A stretch of 64,000 nt of DNA, from positions 2,090 through 66,089 of the forward strand of contig DATBLG010000004.1 of assembly GCA_036555485.1 (NCBI GenBank). Reading direction: 5' to 3'. A program made the translations under genes and the position numbers. Every line of letters begins with the position of its first letter. The first letter of the stretch is position 1. The notes beneath the pieces are model-generated. The model was not told where the DNA came from and searched no databases. It saw only the letters and a program-made list of their open reading frames with translations. This document shows positions 17,238 to 24,692 of the stretch, piece after piece. Source of the stretch: Gemmatimonadales bacterium. GTDB lineage: Bacteria; Gemmatimonadota; Gemmatimonadetes; Gemmatimonadales; GWC2-71-9.

Positions 17238-18895
17238 GCGGCTTCTTCCTTCCGGCGGGCCGCCGGGAAGTACACGGTGAACGTCGTGCCATGGCTCGGT
17301 GCCGAGTCGACCAGCACCATGCCGCGATGCGCCACCACGGCGCGCTGCACAATGGCCAGGCCCAAGCCGGTGCCGCCGACCCGGCCCGTCACGAACGGCT
17401 CGAACAACCGCTCGCGCACCGAATCGGGGATGCCCGGGCCGTTGTCGCTGACCCGGAGCGCCACCGGCTTCTCGACGGCGATCCCCGGCGGCAGCTCCTC
17501 CGGGCGGGGGTTGAAGGTCTGCACCAGAATCCGGGCGCTCGATCCGGCGGCCTGCACTGCGTTGAGCACGAGGTTGGAGACGACGCGATGCAGCAGATCC
17601 TCGTCTCCGTCCATCGGGGTCGGTTCGCCCGTCAGCTCGATCACGACGTCCGCCGGGCAATCGGGGTGCGCACGCACCAGCCGGACCGCGGCCCCGGCGA
17701 TCGCCCGCAGGTCGATGGTGCGATACTCGGTCACGCGGACGCGCGAAAAATCGAGAAACTCCGACAGCAGCCGGCTGAGGCGGTCGCTCTCCCGCACGAT
17801 CAGGCCCGCCAGGAACTTCTCGTCCGGGTTGGTACGGCTCGATCGCGACAGCTGCTCCACCGAGGAACGGATCGAGGCGAGCGGGTTTTTGATTTCGTGC
17901 GCGAGGCTGGCCGACAGCTCCGCGACCGCTTCGAGCCGCTCGGCGCGCAGGTGCAGCTCCTCGAGCCGCTTGGAATCGGAAATGTCGGTGAAGATGGCCG
18001 TCACCCGCGGCGGGTGCCCCGCGCCGGCGTTGATCGTGGTCGTCGTGAGGCCGACTGGGAACGTCCGATCGGTCCGGCGCACGATCGCTTCCACGCGCAT
18101 CAGCCGGATGCCGCGCCGCGCCGTGGACGCGACCGCCGCCCAGAACTCCGGCGACGTACGCGCCAGCTCCGGCAGAAACGTCCTCCCAATCCAATCGTTG
18201 GCGCGGAACCCGAGGATATTCTCGGCCGCAGGGTTTGAATACAACAACCGGCCCTCGGCGTCCACGGTGAGGACTCCGCTGGCCAGGTTGTGCAGTACGT
18301 CGCTAGCCTCGAGTCGCGCCTGGCGCAGCTCGCCCGCGAGGGCCTCGTGCTCGGCGGTCATCACCTTGATCCGGCTCGCGAAATACGCCGGGACCGCCGC
18401 CACCACCGCGAACAGACCGAGCTGGATCCACAACGCCGAGGACACGGTGGTGTGGTGACCGAACAGCAGATCGGCGAGGTAGGCAAGACCAACGAGCACG
18501 GTGATCAGGGCGGTGCTCGCCGGTGGCATCAGCACCGCGGTCACCGCGATCACCGGGACGTACAAGGTCGAGAAGTCGCTGTCCGGACCCCCCGTGACGT
18601 GGACCACGGTGGTCACCAGCACGATATCGAACAGGGCCTGGAGGTAGAGGAACGTCCGTCCCGGTGGCCGGCGGCGCGCGTGCGTGTGCCAGTAGGACGC
18701 GCCCGTGAAGGCAAGCGTGGACAGCAACAGCACCGAGGTGACGAGGATGTCGAGCGGCGCGGCGATCCTCACCTTCAGCGCCGCCGTGAGGTAGATCGCG
18801 ATCGCGACCGAGACCCGCCCGATGTAAACGAGGCGGAGCAGATTCTTGGGGCTGGGGACCTTAGACGTTGTCGACGAACCGCCGAGCCAGCGCAT
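17234..18895 (-). CDS. pilS: PilS-like sensor histidine kinase (about 6 TM + PAS + HisKA + HATPase)
   Basis: Six N-terminal hydrophobic segments, a PAS-like region (GVLTVDAEGRLLYSNPAAENILGF), the H-box LAHEIKNPLASI and [12 protein letters not shown] at 18895 with a GAGG RBS. Confidence 0.75.
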   Translation of the reverse strand: MRWLGGSSTTSKVPSPKNLLRLVYIGRVSVAIAIYLTAALKVRIAAPLDILVTSVLLLSTLAFTGASYWHTHARRRPPGRTFLYLQALFDIVLVTTVVHVTGGPDSDFSTLYVPVIAVTAVLMPPASTALITVLVGLAYLADLLFGHHTTVSSALWIQLGLFAVVAAVPAYFASRIKVMTAEHEALAGELRQARLEASDVLHNLASGVLTVDAEGRLLYSNPAAENILGFRANDWIGRTFLPELARTSPEFWAAVASTARRGIRLMRVEAIVRRTDRTFPVGLTTTTINAGAGHPPRVTAIFTDISDSKRLEELHLRAERLEAVAELSASLAHEIKNPLASIRSSVEQLSRSSRTNPDEKFLAGLIVRESDRLSRLLSEFLDFSRVRVTEYRTIDLRAIAGAAVRLVRAHPDCPADVVIELTGEPTPMDGDEDLLHRVVSNLVLNAVQAAGSSARILVQTFNPRPEELPPGIAVEKPVALRVSDNGPGIPDSVRERLFEPFVTGRVGGTGLGLAIVQRAVVAHRGMVLVDSAPSHGTTFTVYFPAARRKEEAA

Positions 18896-18962
18896 CTAAC
18901 CTCAAGACTGACAAGGTGCTAAGTATTGGATGCGGTGTGGCAGAATGCAAGAATGGATGCCA

Positions 18963-18987
18963 AACGGGCCCCATTTCGGGGCCCGTT
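18963..18987 (-). terminator. Hairpin after pilC
   Basis: AACGGGCCCC-ATTTC-GGGGCCCGTT (10-bp stem), 29 nt after the pilC stop. On the minus strand it is followed by TGG.., so it has no U-tract and only moderate support. Confidence 0.45.
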
Positions 18988-19015
18988 GCCGGTCTCGATT
19001 CGCGAATCCGCCCGC

Positions 19016-20221
19016 CTACTGCACGGCGTTCACCATGTCGAAGATCGGCAGGTACATGGCCACCACCATGCCGCCGACGATCACGCCGAGCACCACGATC
19101 ATCACCGGCTCCATGAGGGAGAGCAGCGTGCTGACCGATGCGTCGACTTCCTCATCGTAGAAGTCGGCGATTTTGGAGAGCATTTCGTCCAACCCGCCCG
19201 TCTGCTCGCCTACCGCAATCATCGAGATGACCATGGGCGGGAACACCTTGGACCGCTGCAAGGGAGCGGCGATCGTATCGCCGCCGGCGATCGACTGACG
19301 CGATTCCATGACGGCGTTGTGGATCACCATGTTGCCCGCAGTGCGCGCCGTGATCTCCAGGCCGTCGAGAATCGACACACCAGAAGAAATCAGCGTGCCC
19401 AGCGTGCGCGTGAACCGCGACACCGCGGACTTGCGCAGCACGTCGCCCAGCACGGGCAACCGGAGCATGATCTGATCGATCTGCAGCCGCCCGCTCGGCG
19501 TCTTGTAGTAGCGGTTGAGCGCAAACGCGCCCAGCCCCATCACGCCGAGGATCACCCACCAGTAGCTCGTCAGCAGTCGGCTCATGCCGATGACGATCCG
19601 GGTCGGGAGTGGCAACTCGAGCTGCACCGAGGCGAACATCGTCTGGAACGTCGGGATGACGAAGATCAGGAGCACCGCGATCGCGATCACGGCGACGGAC
19701 ATGATCACCACCGGGTACACCATCGCGCCCTTCACTTTGCGGATGATGGCGTCGTTTTTCTCGAGGAATTCCGCCAGCCGCAACAGGATGGTGTCGAGGA
19801 TACCGCCCGCTTCGCCCGCCGCGACCATGTTGACGTACAAGTCGGAGAACGCCTTCGGGTGCTTGCGCAGTGCGTCGGCGAGCGTTTGTCCGCTCTCCAC
19901 GTCGTACACGACCTGGCGTGTCACGTCCGCCAGGACTTTGTTCTCGGTCTGTTGGGCCAGAATGTCGAGCGCCTGCACGAGCGGCAGCCCGGCGTTGATC
20001 ATCGTCGCGAACTGCCGGGTGAACACCACGACGTCGCGCGTTTTCACCCCGGCCTTGAACATGGCCCCGAACGAGATCGCCTTCGGCGCCTGCCGCACGT
20101 TGACCACCACGAGGCGGTTCTTGCGCAGATGGGCGATGACGTCGTCGCGGCCGGGGAGATCGACCTGCCCCTTCTCCAGGTCGCCCTTGAGGTTCCGGGC
20201 CGTGTATTCAAAGACTGGCAT
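19016..20221 (-). CDS. pilC: Type IV pilus platform protein PilC (GspF family)
   Basis: 401 aa. MPVFEYTARNLKGDLEKG.. with duplicated GspF-type repeats and 3 TM segments. GGAGGG RBS. Confidence 0.9.
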   Translation of the reverse strand: MPVFEYTARNLKGDLEKGQVDLPGRDDVIAHLRKNRLVVVNVRQAPKAISFGAMFKAGVKTRDVVVFTRQFATMINAGLPLVQALDILAQQTENKVLADVTRQVVYDVESGQTLADALRKHPKAFSDLYVNMVAAGEAGGILDTILLRLAEFLEKNDAIIRKVKGAMVYPVVIMSVAVIAIAVLLIFVIPTFQTMFASVQLELPLPTRIVIGMSRLLTSYWWVILGVMGLGAFALNRYYKTPSGRLQIDQIMLRLPVLGDVLRKSAVSRFTRTLGTLISSGVSILDGLEITARTAGNMVIHNAVMESRQSIAGGDTIAAPLQRSKVFPPMVISMIAVGEQTGGLDEMLSKIADFYDEEVDASVSTLLSLMEPVMIVVLGVIVGGMVVAMYLPIFDMVNAVQ

Positions 20222-20235
20222 GGGTCATCCCTCCG

Positions 20236-21369
20236 CTAGCGGCGAGCGGCCACCTTGGACTGACCGGCGGCGGCCGCGGCGGCCGCCGTCGCTTCGTCCG
20301 GCGGTGCTTCGCCGATCATCCGCAGGAACTCGTTCGGATCCGATGAAACCCGCAAGCACTCATCCTTGACCACATCGCGCTGCATGTACAACTGGTACAG
20401 CGCGTCGTTCAGCGTCTGCATGCCGTGCTTTTTCCCCGCCTGCATCGAGGAATAGATCTGGTGGACCTTGTCATCCCTGATCAGCGCCCGGATGGCCGGG
20501 GTGCACACCATGATCTCGGCCGCCATCACCCGGCCGCGCCCCTTGGCCTTCTGCAACAGGGTCTGGGTGACCACGCCCTCGAGCACGAAGGCAAGCTGCG
20601 CACGGATCTGGGACTGCTGGTGGGCGGGGAAAATGTCGATGATGCGGTTGATCGTTTCAGCCGCCGAATTCGTGTGCAGCGTCGCGAACGCGAGGTGGCC
20701 GGTCTCAGCGATGGTCAGCGCGGATTGCGTCGTCTCGAGATCGCGCATTTCGCCGATCAGGACGACGTCCGGGTCCTGCCGCAGCGCGTATTTGAGGGCT
20801 GCCGCGAAGCTATTGGTGTCGGTGCCGACCTCGCGCTGGTTCACCAGGCACGACTGGTGGCGGTGGATGAACTCGATCGGGTCTTCCACCGTGATGATGT
20901 GCCCCTTCATCTCCTTGTTGATCTTGTCGATCATCGCCGCCAGGGTCGTGCTCTTCCCCGAACCGGTAGGCCCGGTCACCAGCACCAGCCCGCGCGGCTT
21001 TTCGGAGAGCTTGGCGACGACCGGCGGCAATCCCAGCTCGTCGAAGGTCCGCACCGTGAACGGGATCTGCCGGATCACGAGGGACACGCAGCCGCGTTGT
21101 TTGAAGCAGTTGCCGCGGAACCGCGCCAGGTTCTGGATCCCGAAGGAAAAGTCGAGCTCGCTGTCGGTCTCGAAGCGCTTCTTCTGGCTTTCGGTGAGCA
21201 CCGAGTACGCCAAGGACAGCGTGTCCTTGGGCGTCAGCACGTCCTCGGCCGACGCGCTCAGGATGTCGCCGTCGACGCGCAGCTTGGGCCGCTCGCCGGC
21301 GACGATGTGGAGGTCGGAGGCGTCCTTCTCGATCATTTCCTCGAGCAGCGCTCGAAGGTTTATCGGCAT
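20236..21369 (-). CDS. pilT: Twitching-motility retraction ATPase PilT
   Basis: GPTGSGKSTT Walker A, DVVLIGEMRD, HLAFATLHTNSA His-box and an AIRALIRDDK motif (AIRNLIRE-like). GAAGGAGG RBS. Confidence 0.92.
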   Translation of the reverse strand: MPINLRALLEEMIEKDASDLHIVAGERPKLRVDGDILSASAEDVLTPKDTLSLAYSVLTESQKKRFETDSELDFSFGIQNLARFRGNCFKQRGCVSLVIRQIPFTVRTFDELGLPPVVAKLSEKPRGLVLVTGPTGSGKSTTLAAMIDKINKEMKGHIITVEDPIEFIHRHQSCLVNQREVGTDTNSFAAALKYALRQDPDVVLIGEMRDLETTQSALTIAETGHLAFATLHTNSAAETINRIIDIFPAHQQSQIRAQLAFVLEGVVTQTLLQKAKGRGRVMAAEIMVCTPAIRALIRDDKVHQIYSSMQAGKKHGMQTLNDALYQLYMQRDVVKDECLRVSSDPNEFLRMIGEAPPDEATAAAAAAAGQSKVAARR

Positions 21370-21382
21370 CGTGTCGCCTCCT

Positions 21383-23095
21383 TCAGGCGGCGGTTTCCTT
21401 CACGACCTCTTCGAGCGTGGTGACGCCTTTCTTGATCTTCACCAGACCGTCCATGCGCAGCGTCAGCATCCCCTCGGACACGGCGACTTCCCGCAACTCT
21501 TCCGTGGACGCGCCCTTGAGAATGTACCGCCGCAGCTGCGAGGACAGCGCCATCACCTCGTAAATACCCTGCCGGCCCTTGTACCCGGTGCCGTTGCACG
21601 TATCGCAACCCGTCCCCTTGAAGAACGGGCCTTGATCCCGGTCGATCCCGAACGCGTGCATTTCTTCGTCGGAGTAGTCGTGCTGCTGCTTGCAATCGAC
21701 GCAGATGCGACGCACCAGCCGTTGCGCCACGATCAGGTTGACCGCGCTCGCGACGTTGAATGGCTCGATGCCCATATCCACCATACGCGTCACGGTCGAC
21801 GGGGCATCGTTGGTATGCAGCGTCGACAGCACGAGGTGTCCGGTGAGCGCCGCCTTGATAGCGATCGAGCCGGTCTCGAGGTCGCGGATCTCGCCCACCA
21901 TGATGATGTTCGGGTCCTGCCGCAGGAAGGCCTTCAGCGCCGCGGCGAACGTCATCCCGACCTCGTTGCGGACGAGCACCTGATTGATCCCCATCAGGTT
22001 GTACTCGACCGGGTCCTCGGCGGTCATGATGTTCACTTCGATGGTGTTGATCTTCGACAATGCGGAGTACAGCGTCGTCGTTTTCCCCGAGCCCGTGGGG
22101 CCCGTCACCAGGACCATCCCATAGGGGTTCAAGATCGCCTTCAACAGATCGGCCTCGGCCTTGGGCTCGAACCCGAACTTCGAGAGATCGAAGGTGAGGT
22201 TACCCTTGTCGAGGATCCGCAGCACGATCTTCTCGCCGAACAGCACGGGCAGCGTGGAGACCCGGAAGTCGATCACCTTCGAGCCCATCTTCAGCTTGAT
22301 GCGCCCGTCCTGTGGCACGCGTCGCTCGGCGATGTTCAACTGAGCCATGATCTTCACGCGCGAGGTGAGCGCCGCCCGCATCTTGACCGGGGGGCGCATC
22401 ACTTCCTGTAGCGCGCCATCGACGCGATAGCGCACCCGCATTTCGTGCTCGAAGGGCTCGATGTGGATATCCGAGGCGCCGCGCTTGACCGCGTCGGTGA
22501 GCAATCCGTTGATCAGCTTCACGACCGGCGCGTCTTCGGCCAGCTCCGACGCCTTGACTTCCTCGTCCTGCTGCTCCGAGACCACCTCGAGGTCGTCCCC
22601 GCCCTCATCCTCGACGCTCTTCAGGAGGCTGGCGAGCTGCGCGTCGGATTGCGCGTAGTACTTGTCGATCGCGTTGCGCAGCGTGTACTCCCCGGCGATC
22701 ACCGGGAAAATGTCGCAACGCGTGATGAACTTGATGTCCTCGATCGCCGCGACGTTATTCGGGTCGGCGATGGCAATGGTCAGCGTCCGGCCTTCGCGCT
22801 TGAGCGGCAGCACGGCATACTTGGCGGCGATGTCGGCGGAAATCAGCTTGAGGATCTTGGGATCGACCTCGAAGCGCGACAGGTCGACGGCCGGCATGCG
22901 GTATTGCCGGGCCAACATCTTGGTGATTTCGGTCTCCTCGACGAAACCGAGCTTCACCAACGTGTAGCCCAGCCGTCCGCCGGAGCTCTTCTGCTCCGCC
23001 AGGGCGCGCTTCAACTGGTCCGCGGTGATCAGGCCATCGCGAACCAGAATGTCACCCAGCTTGTCAGGGGTAAGTGCGGCGGTTGTCGTACGCAA
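21383..23095 (-). CDS. pilB: Type IV pilus extension ATPase PilB (GspE family) with an N-terminal MshEN/T2SSE_N domain
   Basis: GPTGSGKTTT, tetracysteine motif CVDCKQ...CDTCNGTGYKGRQG, and N-terminal LGDILVRDGLITADQLKRALAEQ. The start appears to be TTG at 23095. Confidence 0.9.
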   Translation of the reverse strand: MRTTTAALTPDKLGDILVRDGLITADQLKRALAEQKSSGGRLGYTLVKLGFVEETEITKMLARQYRMPAVDLSRFEVDPKILKLISADIAAKYAVLPLKREGRTLTIAIADPNNVAAIEDIKFITRCDIFPVIAGEYTLRNAIDKYYAQSDAQLASLLKSVEDEGGDDLEVVSEQQDEEVKASELAEDAPVVKLINGLLTDAVKRGASDIHIEPFEHEMRVRYRVDGALQEVMRPPVKMRAALTSRVKIMAQLNIAERRVPQDGRIKLKMGSKVIDFRVSTLPVLFGEKIVLRILDKGNLTFDLSKFGFEPKAEADLLKAILNPYGMVLVTGPTGSGKTTTLYSALSKINTIEVNIMTAEDPVEYNLMGINQVLVRNEVGMTFAAALKAFLRQDPNIIMVGEIRDLETGSIAIKAALTGHLVLSTLHTNDAPSTVTRMVDMGIEPFNVASAVNLIVAQRLVRRICVDCKQQHDYSDEEMHAFGIDRDQGPFFKGTGCDTCNGTGYKGRQGIYEVMALSSQLRRYILKGASTEELREVAVSEGMLTLRMDGLVKIKKGVTTLEEVVKETAA

Positions 23096-23140
23096 CTCGT
23101 TGAATTTGAATGATCTAAACTATGTCGGGGCGTGGGACTG

Positions 23141-23545
23141 TCAAGGCAGTGCCCCCGAAAACGACACATAGGGCTTGAGCGCTTCGAGCAGCTTCACCCC
23201 GATCCCGGAGACGCTGTCGAGGCTGGTCAGGCTTCCGAACGGCCCATGCTGCTCGCGCCAGGCGACGATGCGCTGCGCCAGTGCGGGACCGACACGGGGC
23301 AAACGCGTGAGCGCCGTCACATCGGCGTGGTTCACGTCGATCCGCTCGCCGGGCGCGAGCGGACGCGCGAGCTCGGCGGCGCGGCGCGCCGTTTCTCGCA
23401 GCGCCGACGCCGGTGGCGTGTCGGCGGTGACCAGCTGGATGTCGCCGGGCGCGCGATCGTGCGACGGCGCGAGGAGGAACCGCACGGACGCGCCCGCGAG
23501 CGCGAGGCCGGCGAGGAGAAGAGCGGCGCGCTTGTCATCCATCAC
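23141..23545 (-). CDS. ComEA-like membrane-anchored helix-hairpin-helix DNA-binding protein
   Basis: One N-terminal TM segment, then IDVNHADVTALTRLPRVGPALAQRIVAWREQHGPFGSLTSLDSVSGIGVKLLEAL (tandem HhH). It lies directly upstream of pilB. Confidence 0.75.
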   Translation of the reverse strand: MMDDKRAALLLAGLALAGASVRFLLAPSHDRAPGDIQLVTADTPPASALRETARRAAELARPLAPGERIDVNHADVTALTRLPRVGPALAQRIVAWREQHGPFGSLTSLDSVSGIGVKLLEALKPYVSFSGALP

Positions 23546-23629
23546 CGGAGAGTAGCGGAAGGTCGTCGCAGAGCGGGATCGGAATGGCGCGACCTGTATC
23601 GGAAAGCTGCGGCCGAAGATGCGGAGCTT

Positions 23630-23751
23630 GACAGTCAGGCGCTTAGGCGCACAGGCGCGCAGTGGTGTGGAGGGAGTAGGAAGGAGGAACCCCGCTGGTC
23701 CCTAGTCGCTACCTACCGCTACGTACCTACGCGCCTGTGCGTCTGACTGTC
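23630..23751. repeat. Long bulged inverted repeat (structured intergenic element)
   Basis: GACAGTCAG (23630-38) pairs with CTGACTGTC (23743-51). CGCACAGGCGC (23648-58) pairs with GCGCCTGTGCG (23731-41). The purine-rich arm GGAGGGAGTAGGAAGGAGG faces the pyrimidine-rich arm CCTACCGCTACGTACCTAC. Confidence 0.45.
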
Positions 23752-23777
23752 CCACTGTCCTGACTCGTGCTGAGCCG

Positions 23778-24692
23778 TCACTCCCGAACCAGAGCGACTG
23801 CCACGTCCCCCACAATCTGCAATGACGCCGCACTCACCTTGTCCAACGTGTCTTCCGTCGTGTGCCAGTAGGGGTAGTCGAAGTCGACCACGTCGATTGC
23901 GTGGATGCCCGCGCGCTGCAGGCTGATGTGATCGTCGGTCAGCGAGTGCTTCACCTGGGGCACGAACACTTCCGCGTAGCCCAGCCGGTCCGCGGTACGC
24001 CACACCCGTTCCACCACTTCGGGCGCACCGGCCTGCGAGTACCCCTCGACGTAGATGTTCAGGTTCTTGTCGCCCACCATGTCGAACAGCACGGCGAACA
24101 ACGGCGGGTACCCCGCGGGCTGGTGCGCGGCGAACCAGCGCGAGCCGATCAGCACATCGTTCGAGTCCGCGAAGTTGCCGTAGTCCTCTCCGTCCACGAA
24201 TAACAGATCGACCCCGAGCGCCGGAGGGTTCGCCTTGAGCGCGTCGGCGACGCCCAGCAGCACGGCGACGCCCGAGGCGCCGTCACTGGCCCCGGGAACG
24301 GGCTGGCGCTGGGCGGCGAGGTTGGCGCTCTGGTCGGCGAAGGGGCGGGTGTCCCAGTGCGCGAGCAACAAGACGCGCTCGGCCGCGTCGGGCCGGAAGC
24401 GGGCGAAGAAGTTGCGCAACCGCAGCGTCTGTCCGCGCGCGGTGCGGTGCGAGATCTCCTGCACGATCACGGTATCCGCCCGCTCCCGGAGCTGGGCGAG
24501 GATCCAGTCACCTGTCTGCTCGTGCCCCGGCGTGCCGGGGATCCGGGGACCGAAGCGCATCTGCTGCTCCAGGTAGCCGAACGCGCGGGCGCCGTCGAAC
24601 TCGCGCGCCGGGGGCTTCGCCTTGGCGGAGCAGGCGGCGAGCGCCGCGGTGGCGAGGGCGAACCCGGCCCGAAACGGCCGCGCGCCGCTCAT
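23778..24692 (-). CDS. M28-family metalloprotein lipoprotein (aminopeptidase or type II glutaminyl cyclase-like)
   Basis: Lipobox ALAAC; AHWDTRPFAD; GASDGASGVAVLL; FVDGEDYG; LFDMVG; TDDH..YWHTTEDT. I chose the ATG at 24692, which overlaps the sprA-like stop (ATGA). The track start at 24908 is inside that gene. Confidence 0.7.
   Translation of the reverse strand: MSGARPFRAGFALATAALAACSAKAKPPAREFDGARAFGYLEQQMRFGPRIPGTPGHEQTGDWILAQLRERADTVIVQEISHRTARGQTLRLRNFFARFRPDAAERVLLLAHWDTRPFADQSANLAAQRQPVPGASDGASGVAVLLGVADALKANPPALGVDLLFVDGEDYGNFADSNDVLIGSRWFAAHQPAGYPPLFAVLFDMVGDKNLNIYVEGYSQAGAPEVVERVWRTADRLGYAEVFVPQVKHSLTDDHISLQRAGIHAIDVVDFDYPYWHTTEDTLDKVSAASLQIVGDVAVALVRE

Noticed and set aside
17238-18194. 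A 5' extension of the pilR-like ORF (the track gives 15846..18194, 782 aa)
   Set aside because: The extension is an alternative frame inside the kinase gene and is rich in Arg, Gly, Ala and Pro. The receiver domain begins at the ATG at 17237, which overlaps the kinase stop. The same reasoning removes 5837..6175 from the other regulator.
18941-18962. Sigma-54-like motif TGGCATCCATTCTTGCAT upstream of the pilS-like kinase
   Set aside because: GG and GC are one nucleotide too far apart (N6 instead of N5), and sigma-54 is intolerant of spacing changes. The same TTGCAT fits better as a sigma-70-type -35 box with AATACT 17 nt downstream. This is unverified either way.
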